Positions 50,924 to 62,036 of a DNA stretch of 64,000 nucleotides are shown here, one piece after another; position 1 is the stretch's first letter; each line of letters opens with the position of its first letter. The notes below the pieces were generated by a model, which saw only the letters and a list, made by a program, of their open reading frames with translations, searched no databases and had not been told where the DNA came from. Origin of the DNA: Azolla caroliniana (Eukaryota > Plantae > Polypodiophyta); the NCBI GenBank assembly GCA_043228905.1, contig JBHGNT010000011.1, positions 12,152,001 to 12,216,000 on the forward strand. Reading direction: 5' to 3'. Position numbers and translations under genes: made by a program.

Positions 50924-53353
50924 ATTTTGTGAATGTTATTTTCAGCACAAATTTTGCTATAGAGCTGATGTTGTAACTATATTTTGGAATCCACACAAAT
51001 TTTGTATAGTGAGAATCGACTCATTGTATATCGCGATTACTTATTAATGGAAATGTTGTTTACAACAAGTGTTTATCTCAAGTTGATTTGTTTTAAACCA
51101 ATCACAAGTTGTGATGTAAAGTTGATTTGCTGTTTTCAACCAATCTAAGTTGTGATCTAAAGTTGATTTGTTGTTTTAAAAGTTTCTCAAGTTGTGATCT
51201 CCAATACATTTGATGATTCCACGTTTTAAAAAAACCAATTTGGCTTGCCATTATATGCAGTTGTGGCCCCAAATGCCATGGGAGTTGGTATCCCATTATA
51301 GTACATGATATGTAGTTCTGATAAGGGGTCTAACCATGAAACCATCTTTATAATCGGATGTGCCAACTCATGCAATGCATTACGAAATCCACATTCAATG
51401 CCCAATGTGAGGAGTTAAAGGTAGAATATGCAAACAAGCCAGGTGTTTGGCATACATAGAAGGAGGATGGTGTGGCTTGACATGTGTGTGGAGGAAATTG
51501 TGGCCCAAATTTGGTAGAATGTTCAACTACGGACATGTTGACACTACCAATCTCGTGGAGAGACATTGGTAGTTTATCAAATATACTGCCTTAAGAGGGA
51601 GGATAAACCGATCAATTACCGATCTTGTGCATGTTTTAATCGGGGACAATCAAACTGGCACTTGCATCGGGGGTACTGTTATTGAATGGTACAAGCAACG
51701 ACAAGAAATATGTGAGAGTGGTAGATTTGCACCACGTGCAAATTGTAGGGATCAAACAACAAGACTTAAAGAGGCCGAAAGGCTACTAGAGAGGTATGAA
51801 ACTAATGATGCGACAATGCATATTGTGGACGAGCCCCGATATTGGTTTAAAATATTGAGCTTGACAAAACCGAATGTATGGTATAATGTATCGCTCCATA
51901 TTGTGATTGCCAAGACCCTACGAGTAAATGTAAGCATATACTCGGCATCAGGATGATTATTGAGAGGCACATGCCACATCTATGAGGGTCGTTGCCTTTT
52001 ATAGATCATGCAACCCATATGCGCAATGACCATTTCACAGAGACAGAAGTGGAGACAAGGGTAGAACCAGTCGAGGAGACAAACCCTATAACATCACAAA
52101 TGGAGGAATGGGAGTCGAAAATACAAACGGTTGAGGGGGCTATTCAATGTCTTAGGCAAAGGTTATGATCCCTCGACCGTGCAACAAATTTGGCATGTAT
52201 GGAGTCCATTGAAGAAATAGGTCAGACGCTGGTGTATCATCTAGGTGCACCGAAACCAACCAATGAAGAAGACCGTGGATCCATAGGGCGTAAGCAAGCA
52301 ATTGGTGCAAAAAGGGGAGCATCAATCAACATTTCACAAGATCTTATTGGCAGCTCCCCAAACACTTGCAAGGCACACACAGGAAAAATGCAAAGAGGCG
52401 CAAGTCGAGCTAGGAGGCGGTTGCCAATATGTGCAACAGAGAAGATGCGATGCTTGCATTGCAATGCCTTGTCCTTTAGATCAAGGGACTCAAATGTTGA
52501 TTGTTGCAAGAATTGTGGTCGCATCTTGCCATCATCTTTGGATGAGCCATAAACATAGCTTGAGTGGTTTTGCGGACCGGTGCATTTGGGTTTACAATGT
52601 TTCAAGTGGATTTATGTTGATTTATGAGTGCATTTGGGAGTATGTCATATGTTGATTTATGTTTTAAGTTTCCTTATTCAAGTATGTCATCCTTTGATTT
52701 GGGTTTACGGTGTTTAAAGTGGATTTACGTTCTCTGTTTTAAGTTTTAAGTTTTTTAACTTTTAACTTTTATGTTTTAATATGATTATTTGTTTTAACAT
52801 AAGTATGGTAAAGATCGTCGATTTTGAATAATTTAAGGTTGAATTTTGTGATTGTTTGATATGTTATTGTAAGTTTTAAGTGTAATGAACAAGCTTATTT
52901 GAAGATTTTGGTCGAAATGATACATTTGGTTGGGCGACCAATCAGTTGGGAAACCTGCAAATGTCAAGGTTGGGTGACCTAAAACGGTTGGGCGACTTGC
53001 AACAGTCAAAGTTGGGCGACCAACGACTCAGAGTTGGGCGACCTCTAACAGGGTTGGGCGACCATCGACTCAGAGTTGGGCGACCTCTGACAACTTTTTT
53101 TTTCGCGCGTTCTTCCTTATCGAAATCTAACGGTGCAGATCGCACGCGCCTTCCTCTAAGCGACCTACACCGTTTGTGGCCGCGATTCCCTCGCCATCCC
53201 TCTTTATTATTTGATGCAGAATAGACACGAGCCATACATACACATACATTTATGTACATACACACACACATATGTACATACATTTACATACATACACTGT
53301 ACATTACATACATAGTGTGCTGCACTCTGTTTCTTCCTCTCTACTCCCTCCCT

Positions 53354-53362
53354 AAACCCTAA
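53354..53362 (+). promoter_or_regulatory. telo-box AAACCCTAA upstream of RRP45
   Basis: Exact motif about 40 nt before the ATG. Telo-boxes are typical of plant translation and rRNA-processing genes. Confidence 0.6.
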
Positions 53363-53400
53363 CGATCGATCACCCACATCTCCTTCTCTTTCCTGCTCAC

Positions 53401-56400
53401 ATGGCCATTGCCACACCTTCCTCTCTCGACGACTTCGTTGCTTCTGCGTTGAAAGAGGAGCTTCGTATCGATGGTCGCAGGCCTTTCGATTCTCGACGCC
53501 TCAACATCAAATTCTCCAGGTATTTTCTTTCTTTTCTTCTTTCAATTCTACTACTACTCCTGTCTCCCTCCCTCTGTCCATAGTCAGTAGTCTGTTTTGT
53601 GCTTCACAAAAGACCTCTGTCTATTACTTTGTCTAAAGCTGCAAACTGAGTTTATGATTTCGAAGCACAATGCTTCAAGTTGAGGTGACATAATTTGAGG
53701 CTCGAAATATTTGGAGCATTGGGCCTTGAAGGATTAGCCTCACCGGATTAGACTTTGAAGGATTTGAAATTCAAAGGATTTTATCTTGGCATCCCAAAAC
53801 CCATTGAAGGACTTGAAGGTCTTAAGTTTTTTGAATGTTTTGAAGCACAAATCTGTTGACGGATTTGAAGCTCAAATATAAGCCCTGGAAGTCTATAACC
53901 AACCCTTTTGAAGTCTTAACCCTTTTAAGGGATTGAATCTAGGATTTGATGCCGAGAACCTTTGAATGCTCAGACTTTTAAAGGATTTGCAGGTAGGGTT
54001 TGAAGCCCAAAATCTTTGAGGGATTTCTATCTCTAAACCAAATCATCAATTGATTTGGGTGTGAAATCAAAAGCCTTTAAGCTCAAACCTGAGCCTTTGA
54101 AGGATTCAGATAAAATAAAAGTCTTTTGAAAGATTCAGAGTTCATGAATCAATGGCTTTGAAGGATATGAAGCGCAAATTAGAGCCTTTGAGAGGAATCA
54201 GAAGCTCTAAATAGGAAAGGAATTACTTTAAATTGCAGAAATATGTTGGGAAAAATCCACGAAACTAATGAACATTTTATTCTCAATATCTTCCGCTTAA
54301 TTCTGGAAATACTAATGCATATTTTTATGACCCAGTTTTTCCTCTTAAACTGCTCTGACTTAGCAGTCTTGTTATCACACAGGGAGGATGGAGCTGCAGA
54401 AGTACAGTTAGGCCAGACACATATAATGTGTGTGGTAAGCTGTCAGCTGGTACCACCCTTTCCGGATAGACCAAATGAGGGTAGCCTCTCAGTGTTCACT
54501 GAATTTTCACCCATGGCTGACCCATCCTTTGAACCTGGACGGCAAGGAGAGAATGCCGTGGAGCTAGGTCGAGTTGTTGATCGTGGATTAAGGCAAGTTT
54601 CTCTTGTACTCTACCCTTCTATATGCCAGTATTATTATTTTTAGGGTAAATCTCTGCAGCACCTCTTTCCTTGTTTCTGCAAAATGCCCTTTGTCAATCC
54701 CTCTCGAGCAGTAAAATGTGCTATCTGAGCATGTATATGATCAATTCATTCCCTTTTCCTTGCTTTCAAGGGCTGACCAGGGGCATTTGGGGACATAATG
54801 AAAACTTAGTTGCATTCAGCAAAATAAAGAAAAACACAGTAACATTTCAGAGTTTTCCATGACTTGGTTTCCCTGCCTCTTCAACTCCACAGTTAAGACA
54901 ACTCAAATCATTGTTAAAAATAAATAAATTTGCCAGAAGGTAATAAAACTTCATTGAGATTGGTTGAGAATCATTTATTAAATGCATACAAAAGGTTTTA
55001 TTTTAAAAGCATTCCAAGATTCCAAGGTATTTCTATCTTCAATTTCAAAATTAATGGTGATTTCCAATTTTTCATGTGAGAAATTACACTAAACTTGGAT
55101 CCTTTTTGAAACACTACTTCAAATGCCCCACAGATTGGCTTTGATTTGGTAACTTATTTTTTTCGTATGTGATTACAGGGAGAGTCGTGCAGTAGACACG
55201 GAATCATTGTGTGTTATAGCCGGGAAGGCAGTGTGGGCATTGCGAATAGATATTTGTGTACTCGACAATGGAGGGCATGTTTCATTAACCAAGTGATAAG
55301 CAGTTGCTGATGTACTCCTTTTTTGGCTTGTAATGATCTCTTTTAATATGCAGAAATCTGACTGATGCAGCTAGTGTTGCTGCACTAGCAGCACTTCTTT
55401 CATTCCGTAGACCAGAGTGCAGTACTGAAACAGGGGAGATCATGATATACCCACCAGAGGTGTGGATCCTGCATCTCTTTCCCCCAATGAGTTTGGTCAT
55501 TCTTCTATATAGAGATTACTCAAGCATGTATAATGCATGGTAGATTTCCTTTAGTGTTCTGGGGCTATGATTCTAATTTGTGCTACTAAGTACCAATTAT
55601 TAAATACTGAATATTGCATGATTACGACTTTGGATTCATGATGCTGTATATTATATTTGTCTTACAGGTACGTGATGTAATTAAGTTGAGTGAAGTGGTA
55701 TTGAATTCCTAAACATGCTAGAAATTGATCCTTTCATTCGTCCTTGATCGAGAAATTTACTCTCTCACCCGTGCTTTCTCTAGCAGCTAGTGATGTGGGT
55801 AGGTTTCCATGTACAATATCAAATATGTCTTCCCCCATGTTGTGTCACCTCTTCGAGCTCATGATATGATTCTCCCAAGAATTGGTTCACCATGATTGTG
55901 CAGGAAAATGAAACAACCAGTTTCCTGTTTTCCATAGATTCCTTTCATTTTTAATGAGTTTATTAAAATTCTTCTCTTCAATCCTTCCACCATGCCTGAA
56001 GATGTGCATTGACGGTACACAATTAAGTTTAACGATTTATGGGATATCAAGCTTGTATATGTTGAAGTTACTATAATTCAATATGTTTGTTGTGATTTAA
56101 TATTCTTTGGTGGCATCCTTCATGAGCAAGCCGTTTCATGTCTCTCATGTATAAGCTGTGACCATTATATTATTTATGGAAACCTCAAGTGTAAGCTCTA
56201 AACTGAACTTACAAGCTTTCACTATCCAAGATATGGCACTTTCTCTGATAATCTCGTCATAGCTAAACCAACAAAGGAACATCCAATTACTACATCCATG
56301 CATTGCCAGCAGAATGGTATCTTGGTAAGTTCTACGGTATGTAACTCAAGAGTTTGACAGATTCTCCACAGGTTGTGATTACCCATAAGTATATTTGGTG

Positions 56401-58304
56401 CTTTCCGAATGGAATATTTATTCATGTGGATGGTTGGCGACGTTCAAATCATATAGCTCTCCAATCAAGTAAAACTCGGAAAGTTGAGACTTCAGTACCA
56501 TTTCAGAACCCAAAGATAAGAACCAACAAAAAATTGTAAATTTGATATTGAATTCCGTGTCAAAAGGTAGGTTAACTTCTACCAGAGACCTTTTTTGGGG
56601 TTTCCTGGCAGACAGACTTCTAGATATACTACACAGGTTCTAGATATGTTACCTTGCTTCTATAGAGAGTGAGAGAGAGAGCTCGTCGTTGCATGCATCA
56701 GAGAAAGCAACTATGTATTGTAGGTAAGGGAGCCGCTTCCATTGATCCTTCATCATTTACCAGTCTCAGTCACATTTGCATTCTTTGGAGGTGGAGATCT
56801 TGTGGTATGGATTTTACAATTTTCATTGTTTTGCATGATATTTTCTAATTAATCAGAACTCATGTTTGAGTATCGTGTAGGATATTACAGGTCATGGACC
56901 CAAGCTATAGAGAAGAGCTAGTAATGAAAGGAAGACTCACTGTAACTATGAATGTGCATGGAGATATTTGCACAGTCCAGAAAGGTGGTGGAATTGGCAT
57001 ACGCTCAAGTGAGATAATGCGTTGTTTGAGGATCGCTTCCACGAAAGTACTCGAAATAACATCTTCATTAAAGAAGGCAGTAAGTATACATTTCTAATTT
57101 CAAAGGTTAATCATCCTGTCAGATGTGTTAATTTGTGAAAGGGTGCAATTACTCTTCATTGGAGCTTTGATATGTTGGCACTCTGGTGTAAATTAGGTTT
57201 TGTCAAATGTGTTTAGCTCTTCATCATACACTTCATCGCTAGAAAATTTTGAAGAGATTTTTTTTTTCATCATCTCCAAAGCCTCTTTTGAGAAAATTGC
57301 TGAAGGTTCTTTCCATAGTCACTTGTACACTCTTTTCCTGAATTTCTCTCTGAAACCTTTTTAAAAGGTCTCCTGACCTCCATTCAGGTTATCTATTGTC
57401 ATGCCACTCTTTTCTGCCAGCGTTGTTTAGTAGCAATCTTTTATTCAATATTGAGCATGTGTATATCCTTCTTTAATCCGTGATTAGACTTGAATTGCAA
57501 ATTATTTCTATAGGGCCCTGTGTCCTTGTCATAGTCGAATAGTAACAATCAAGAAATGTGAGAATAATCCGATGTTTCTTAATATTTGCATGGAGAATCT
57601 AAATTAATGATAGAATCTGTGCTGTAGGTTGAAGCATATGAAACAGAGAGAGCTCAAAGGAAAATCAAGAGGCACAGAAACGTTTTAGCACAGGGCAATG
57701 CATATGATATCAGTGAAAATTGTCAAAAGGACTCCGAAATGGTGGAGGCCATGCTTGAAAATGAAAAATCCAGTGCTGGAATAGGGGGAAATTCAGAAGG
57801 TTCTAGTGATAATGATTCAGATAGCCATTCAGATAATGCAAAGGAGGTCGGTGAAGACACCGCAGTTATAAGACCATCAGAGAATAAAATACAGAAACCT
57901 GCAGAACTTGACCAACCAAATGATTCTTTGTTTGAGGGTGGTGTTTCACAGTGGTATGACGTGTGACTGTTCTTATATTTCTTTTTAGGCTCAGGCATGA
58001 CTCAAATATATAGTTTGCTGCAGGGAGGAAGCTGCAAATCCAATAAAAAGTGCAGATCTAACCAGTAATATTGGTGAGATTTTTATCTTCCTGGTGTCGT
58101 TGCCGAGGCCAAAAATAATTTTTAACATGAGTTTTCTTTATAAATCTAGTACAAGCTTTTGTTGATTTTGTCTCTCATTGTGCAGATGCGCAAGGGTTCT
58201 TAAACCAAGTTGCAGCAACAATTGCAGATATGGAAAACCCACAGAGTTTACATGACACAGTTAAGAAGAACAAGAGGAGGAAAAGGAGAAATAATGGGAA
58301 CTAA
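53401..58304 (+). CDS. RRP45: Exosome complex component RRP45 (EXOSC9, RNase PH-like). Exons 53401-53519, 54383-54592, 55179-55274, 55354-55459, 56724-56804, 56891-57079, 57628-57953, 58024-58073, 58186-58304
   Basis: LRIDGRRPFD, AEVQLGQT, PFPDRPNEG, EFSPMADPSFE, DRGLRESRAVDTESLCVIAGKAVW, LDNGGNLTDAA, SFRRPE, REPLPLILHHLP, DPSYREE, basic C-terminal NLS-like KKNKRRKRR. Exon phases are consistent throughout. Confidence 0.95.
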
Positions 58305-60371
58305 AGAGACATCAGAACATCCAGATCATGCTGTGCTCTTTTGCCTTATTCTACCCTAATCAGCACTCTTGGCTTCCAAACCCAGGTATAAATCATAGAT
58401 TATCTGACATTCAGGTTTGATGGCAAGCCTTTCAATCTTGCACTTTGCCCCTATTGAGTTAAAAAGATTTCTAATGCGGAAGAAGTGAAGATATAAAGCA
58501 GCACATTATTCACTGGTGATTGCAACATTCCTTCAAAAGCTCTAGAAGAGAAGCAAGCTTTTGCCTCATCCATAATTCAGAAAAACTGTTTTGGAAAGCT
58601 TAGTCTCTGTAGTATGGATACATTTTTTCTAATATCTGATCATTTTGAATTGAGGCTAACCTAAGTCTTATTCGACATCTCATCATACGTATGTCCTTGC
58701 TAATCTCATTGCAGATAGCTGTCGGTATTTCATTGCCAGGAAGGCTTTTGTTACGATCCATTGGTTTGGAAAAAAGTAGTGTGTACAATGTATTTTGAAG
58801 TAGTGGACTGTTTTTTTGAGGGAAAAACTTTAATACCCTAGTTTCTTGCTCCAAAATCCCAAGATTTTGTTATTTCGTGAATGCCGTTAGTTCAAACCTG
58901 AAATATTTTGTACAGGGTAATGAGCTTCATGAAACGACACATTAAGAATGCTAAGAAATTGGACTTTTACTTACATTTCTCTTCAGAAAAGCATTATGCA
59001 CAGTAATGTTATGTGGACAATCGTTTCAATCTTGACCACAAAATATCAATCAAGCTCGGTCATCATTTTAATATTCATGTAGGAAGTAATAGTTAATTAT
59101 CTAAGTTTCTTTGTTTGTTGGATTTGAAATGTGGGCATGTTTCTCATTATTGTGGTTGAAAAAGGATTTTATATCTCACTTTGCATGGTACATGCAATTT
59201 ATATGTTGCAAGGATTAACCAAATGTCGAATCTCTAAATTCATTAACTGTCATTTGTCATATTTTATAGTTGTATACGATGTAATGCCTATTGCACATTT
59301 ATGCCAAATTTGCCCTCCAAGTGTTGGAAGAAGATTGGCTTGACCTTGAAATTGAAGTGTTGGTGGCCATGATATAAACATTTGATGCTGAATTTTGACA
59401 AGGGCAACATGTTCTTGAGACATTTTTGGACATGTGTGATATAGGAATATGATTCCTCTTCATTTGGATTTAGAGACATGAGAAGTAACAAGGCAAAGTT
59501 ACGAGAAGGAGAATGTGTAGTACATTAATAGAGCCGAAGCCTAAGCTTTCCAATAATTAAACATGTGAATTGTACTAAGCATTTGTTACACATTAAAAGT
59601 AACTTGCCATTATTTTGATGTTAAACTTCTAGGCTCTCGCTTTCTTTTGGGTACTAGAGCCTAAGATTATGTTATTGCCTGACTGGACTAACTGTTTTCA
59701 AATCTTCCCATATGAAAACACTTGGGCAATTTGGACTTCAAGCATTACTAACTAGTTTTATCATTTTCCCTTAGTTAGAGGGGTATTAGTCAAACGCTGT
59801 GTGCATTGGTTTCTGCCATAATTATGTTTTTTCTGGTGTAGCCTGTAGGGATGAGAGATACACTTGAAAGAGAAGGTCAGGTCAAAATCTGGATAGGGAG
59901 CACTATGTAACAAAACTTTGCCTGGGAAAGCAAGATGATGATTATTTTTGAAACACTGTTCATAGCATTTGACTGAAAATGATATAACATTGTTGGTCAT
60001 TTTCAACCTATAAAATCGCTAATCCATGAGATCCAAAGTTCATCTTACAAGGGAGGGGCTCTTGAATACATCATTGAGCTTCTCAATGCGAGCCCATTAA
60101 TAAAATAGTTAGGCTCTATGGAACTTTAATTATAATTCCAGTGAATGAAGAAAGAAAGAAAGAAAGAAAGATGTATTAACGTCTTCTAAGGCCAAATTTG
60201 GCCCATGAGACAATTGGTTTACAACAATAGAGTATTTATCCAATCATCATAACTAAAAATAAAATTAAGTAAAAAAAAAATAGAACTTAAACTAAAAGAG
60301 TTCTAGTAGTGTACAATATGTAGTATACTCGAAAGTGACTATACACTAAGCCTAAAAGAGAGATATGGCAT

Positions 60372-61514
60372 TCATTTAAGGGGGAGTCTTGACCAAGTAC
60401 GGAAATCCGATCCATTGCTAACTGCGACCCCGATCCCAGAATCACCAATCACATTGTCTTCATTCTTACTCAAACCCAAATAATACATCCTCAACGATTG
60501 GTCAGGCATGACCACCACATAAGGAGTTCCAACCACATAATTATCCCACACATCTTCACCTTTCCTGGGCTTCAAGATTGGTCCACCAGGCTCAGGTCCA
60601 CACTGATCATCCCTTGTCCATACTATACCATCATTAGATTTAGCAAGACCAATACAGAAATCAAACTTGAAGTTGGAACCTTCATAGAACATCAAATATT
60701 GCCCATTGTATCGGATGATGTGGCGAACGGAGACGCCACCTTCATCCCACGCACCAGGCTTGCCACGCGAAAGCACCCTTCCTTGCTTAACCCAACTCAT
60801 ACCATCATGTGAGATTGCTAGGCCAGTGGAGAAGAACCCACCCGATTCTCGAGCGTGGTAACTCATGATCCACTTATCATCATACAGATTCATATTTGTG
60901 TTGGGTTTCGGATTGGGATTGGGCATGAGAATCCGAGGCCACGAGATGGCATTCTCATCCCATGAGTTTTTCTCACCGACGCCGAGGATGGGCCCTTTCG
61001 AGGCACGCTCGAAATGGATGCCATCCGCAGACACGGCTACACCGGTCTGGAGCCTGACTCCTCTGGCTACGCCAGGTAATCCGGCGAGAGGTAGCTCATC
61101 GAAGCTACCCCCGAAGTAGTACAAGTGCCACTTCTTGGAGATCTGATCAAACACAACATCACCAACGCCAATGTGGACACAATCAAAAGCAGACACATCA
61201 TCCGACGGATCGAGGATCGAGCCATGGTCGGATCGAGCGAATGAGAAGCCACCATCTGTACTTGTGGCCACACCGATGCGTCCAGTAGGTAGTGTAGGGT
61301 TGAAAGGTGGGACTCCCATGTTCCACATGTCTGTGCCTCTACCATAGTAATACATGTTCCATGCGTTGTGGTCACTGGAGAGAGGGTTTTGTTGTATTAC
61401 AACAGGGCCAGCGAACTTCTTCTTGTCCCAAGCAGTGGAAGATGGATCTGCAGGGCCTAATACCCTGCTTGAGCTCCATGACAGGGAGCATGGTAATGAT
61501 GATGACGATGCCAT
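60372..61514 (-). CDS. Five-bladed beta-propeller glycoside hydrolase-like protein (GH43/GH32/GH130 superfamily), intronless CDS, 380 aa from the ATG at 61514
   Basis: Repeated blades W.MYY.G...IG.A.S.DG..W/F.R with Asp-box-like SxDGxxW motifs, and WD...P motifs (WDKKKFAGP, WDENAISWP, WDNYVVGTP). Uninterrupted ORF. Confidence 0.85.
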   Translation of the reverse strand: MASSSSLPCSLSWSSSRVLGPADPSSTAWDKKKFAGPVVIQQNPLSSDHNAWNMYYYGRGTDMWNMGVPPFNPTLPTGRIGVATSTDGGFSFARSDHGSILDPSDDVSAFDCVHIGVGDVVFDQISKKWHLYYFGGSFDELPLAGLPGVARGVRLQTGVAVSADGIHFERASKGPILGVGEKNSWDENAISWPRILMPNPNPKPNTNMNLYDDKWIMSYHARESGGFFSTGLAISHDGMSWVKQGRVLSRGKPGAWDEGGVSVRHIIRYNGQYLMFYEGSNFKFDFCIGLAKSNDGIVWTRDDQCGPEPGGPILKPRKGEDVWDNYVVGTPYVVVMPDQSLRMYYLGLSKNEDNVIGDSGIGVAVSNGSDFRTWSRLPLK

Positions 61515-62036
61515 AACGTCCTTTCCTTGAAGATATTTCTTCACATGATGCCCTAAGCTTATCTATCTGTCTGCAGGGAATTTATTTATTTAGTGCCCCT
61601 GAACTTTTCTTTATTTCCCCAAATACCCTTATCCTTAGCAGCATTAGATGAAGGGAACTCTTTTATTAATAGCCCTTTCCTTTGGTCAACCCTGACAAAA
61701 TGAGAGAGGACAAATTTAACTGTATTATCGCCCAAATAGCCAAAACAATCGAGAAAAAAGGGTAAGAACAATTGCCCCATATGATTGATTACATGTACAA
61801 ATTATAAGTGCATGTACGTTTGTAGTTATATGTGCATATTCATGGTTTTGGCCAATTTCAAAAAGTGCAATTAAAATCCCATAAATTTTGAAACAATAAG
61901 AAAAGTGTGTCTTCACCTACCAATGTGTGACATGGGACACTTGCAAGAATTTACAAAAGGGTAAGAACAATTGCCCCATGGGACACCTACCAATTGTAAG
62001 GAATCATGTATATAGATATTTGACATGCTTACTAAT

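Larger units (their letters stand above)
47117..53233 (+). mobile_element. Mutator-like DNA transposon with both termini (about 6.1 kb), Ulp1-carrying, defective transposase
   Basis: Imperfect TIRs of about 135 bp (47121-47250 versus 53096-53229). GTTGGGYGACC subterminal motifs at both ends. Transposase remnant at 51290-52552 (DTTNLVERHW*FIKYTALRGRINRSITDLVHVL, degenerate SWIM). Flanked on both sides by AC/CATA microsatellite. Confidence 0.8.

Noticed and set aside
53640-54200. Recurrent TTTGAAGG motifs in RRP45 intron 1
   Set aside because: Low-complexity degenerate repeats with no definable unit, termini or RNA-gene boxes.
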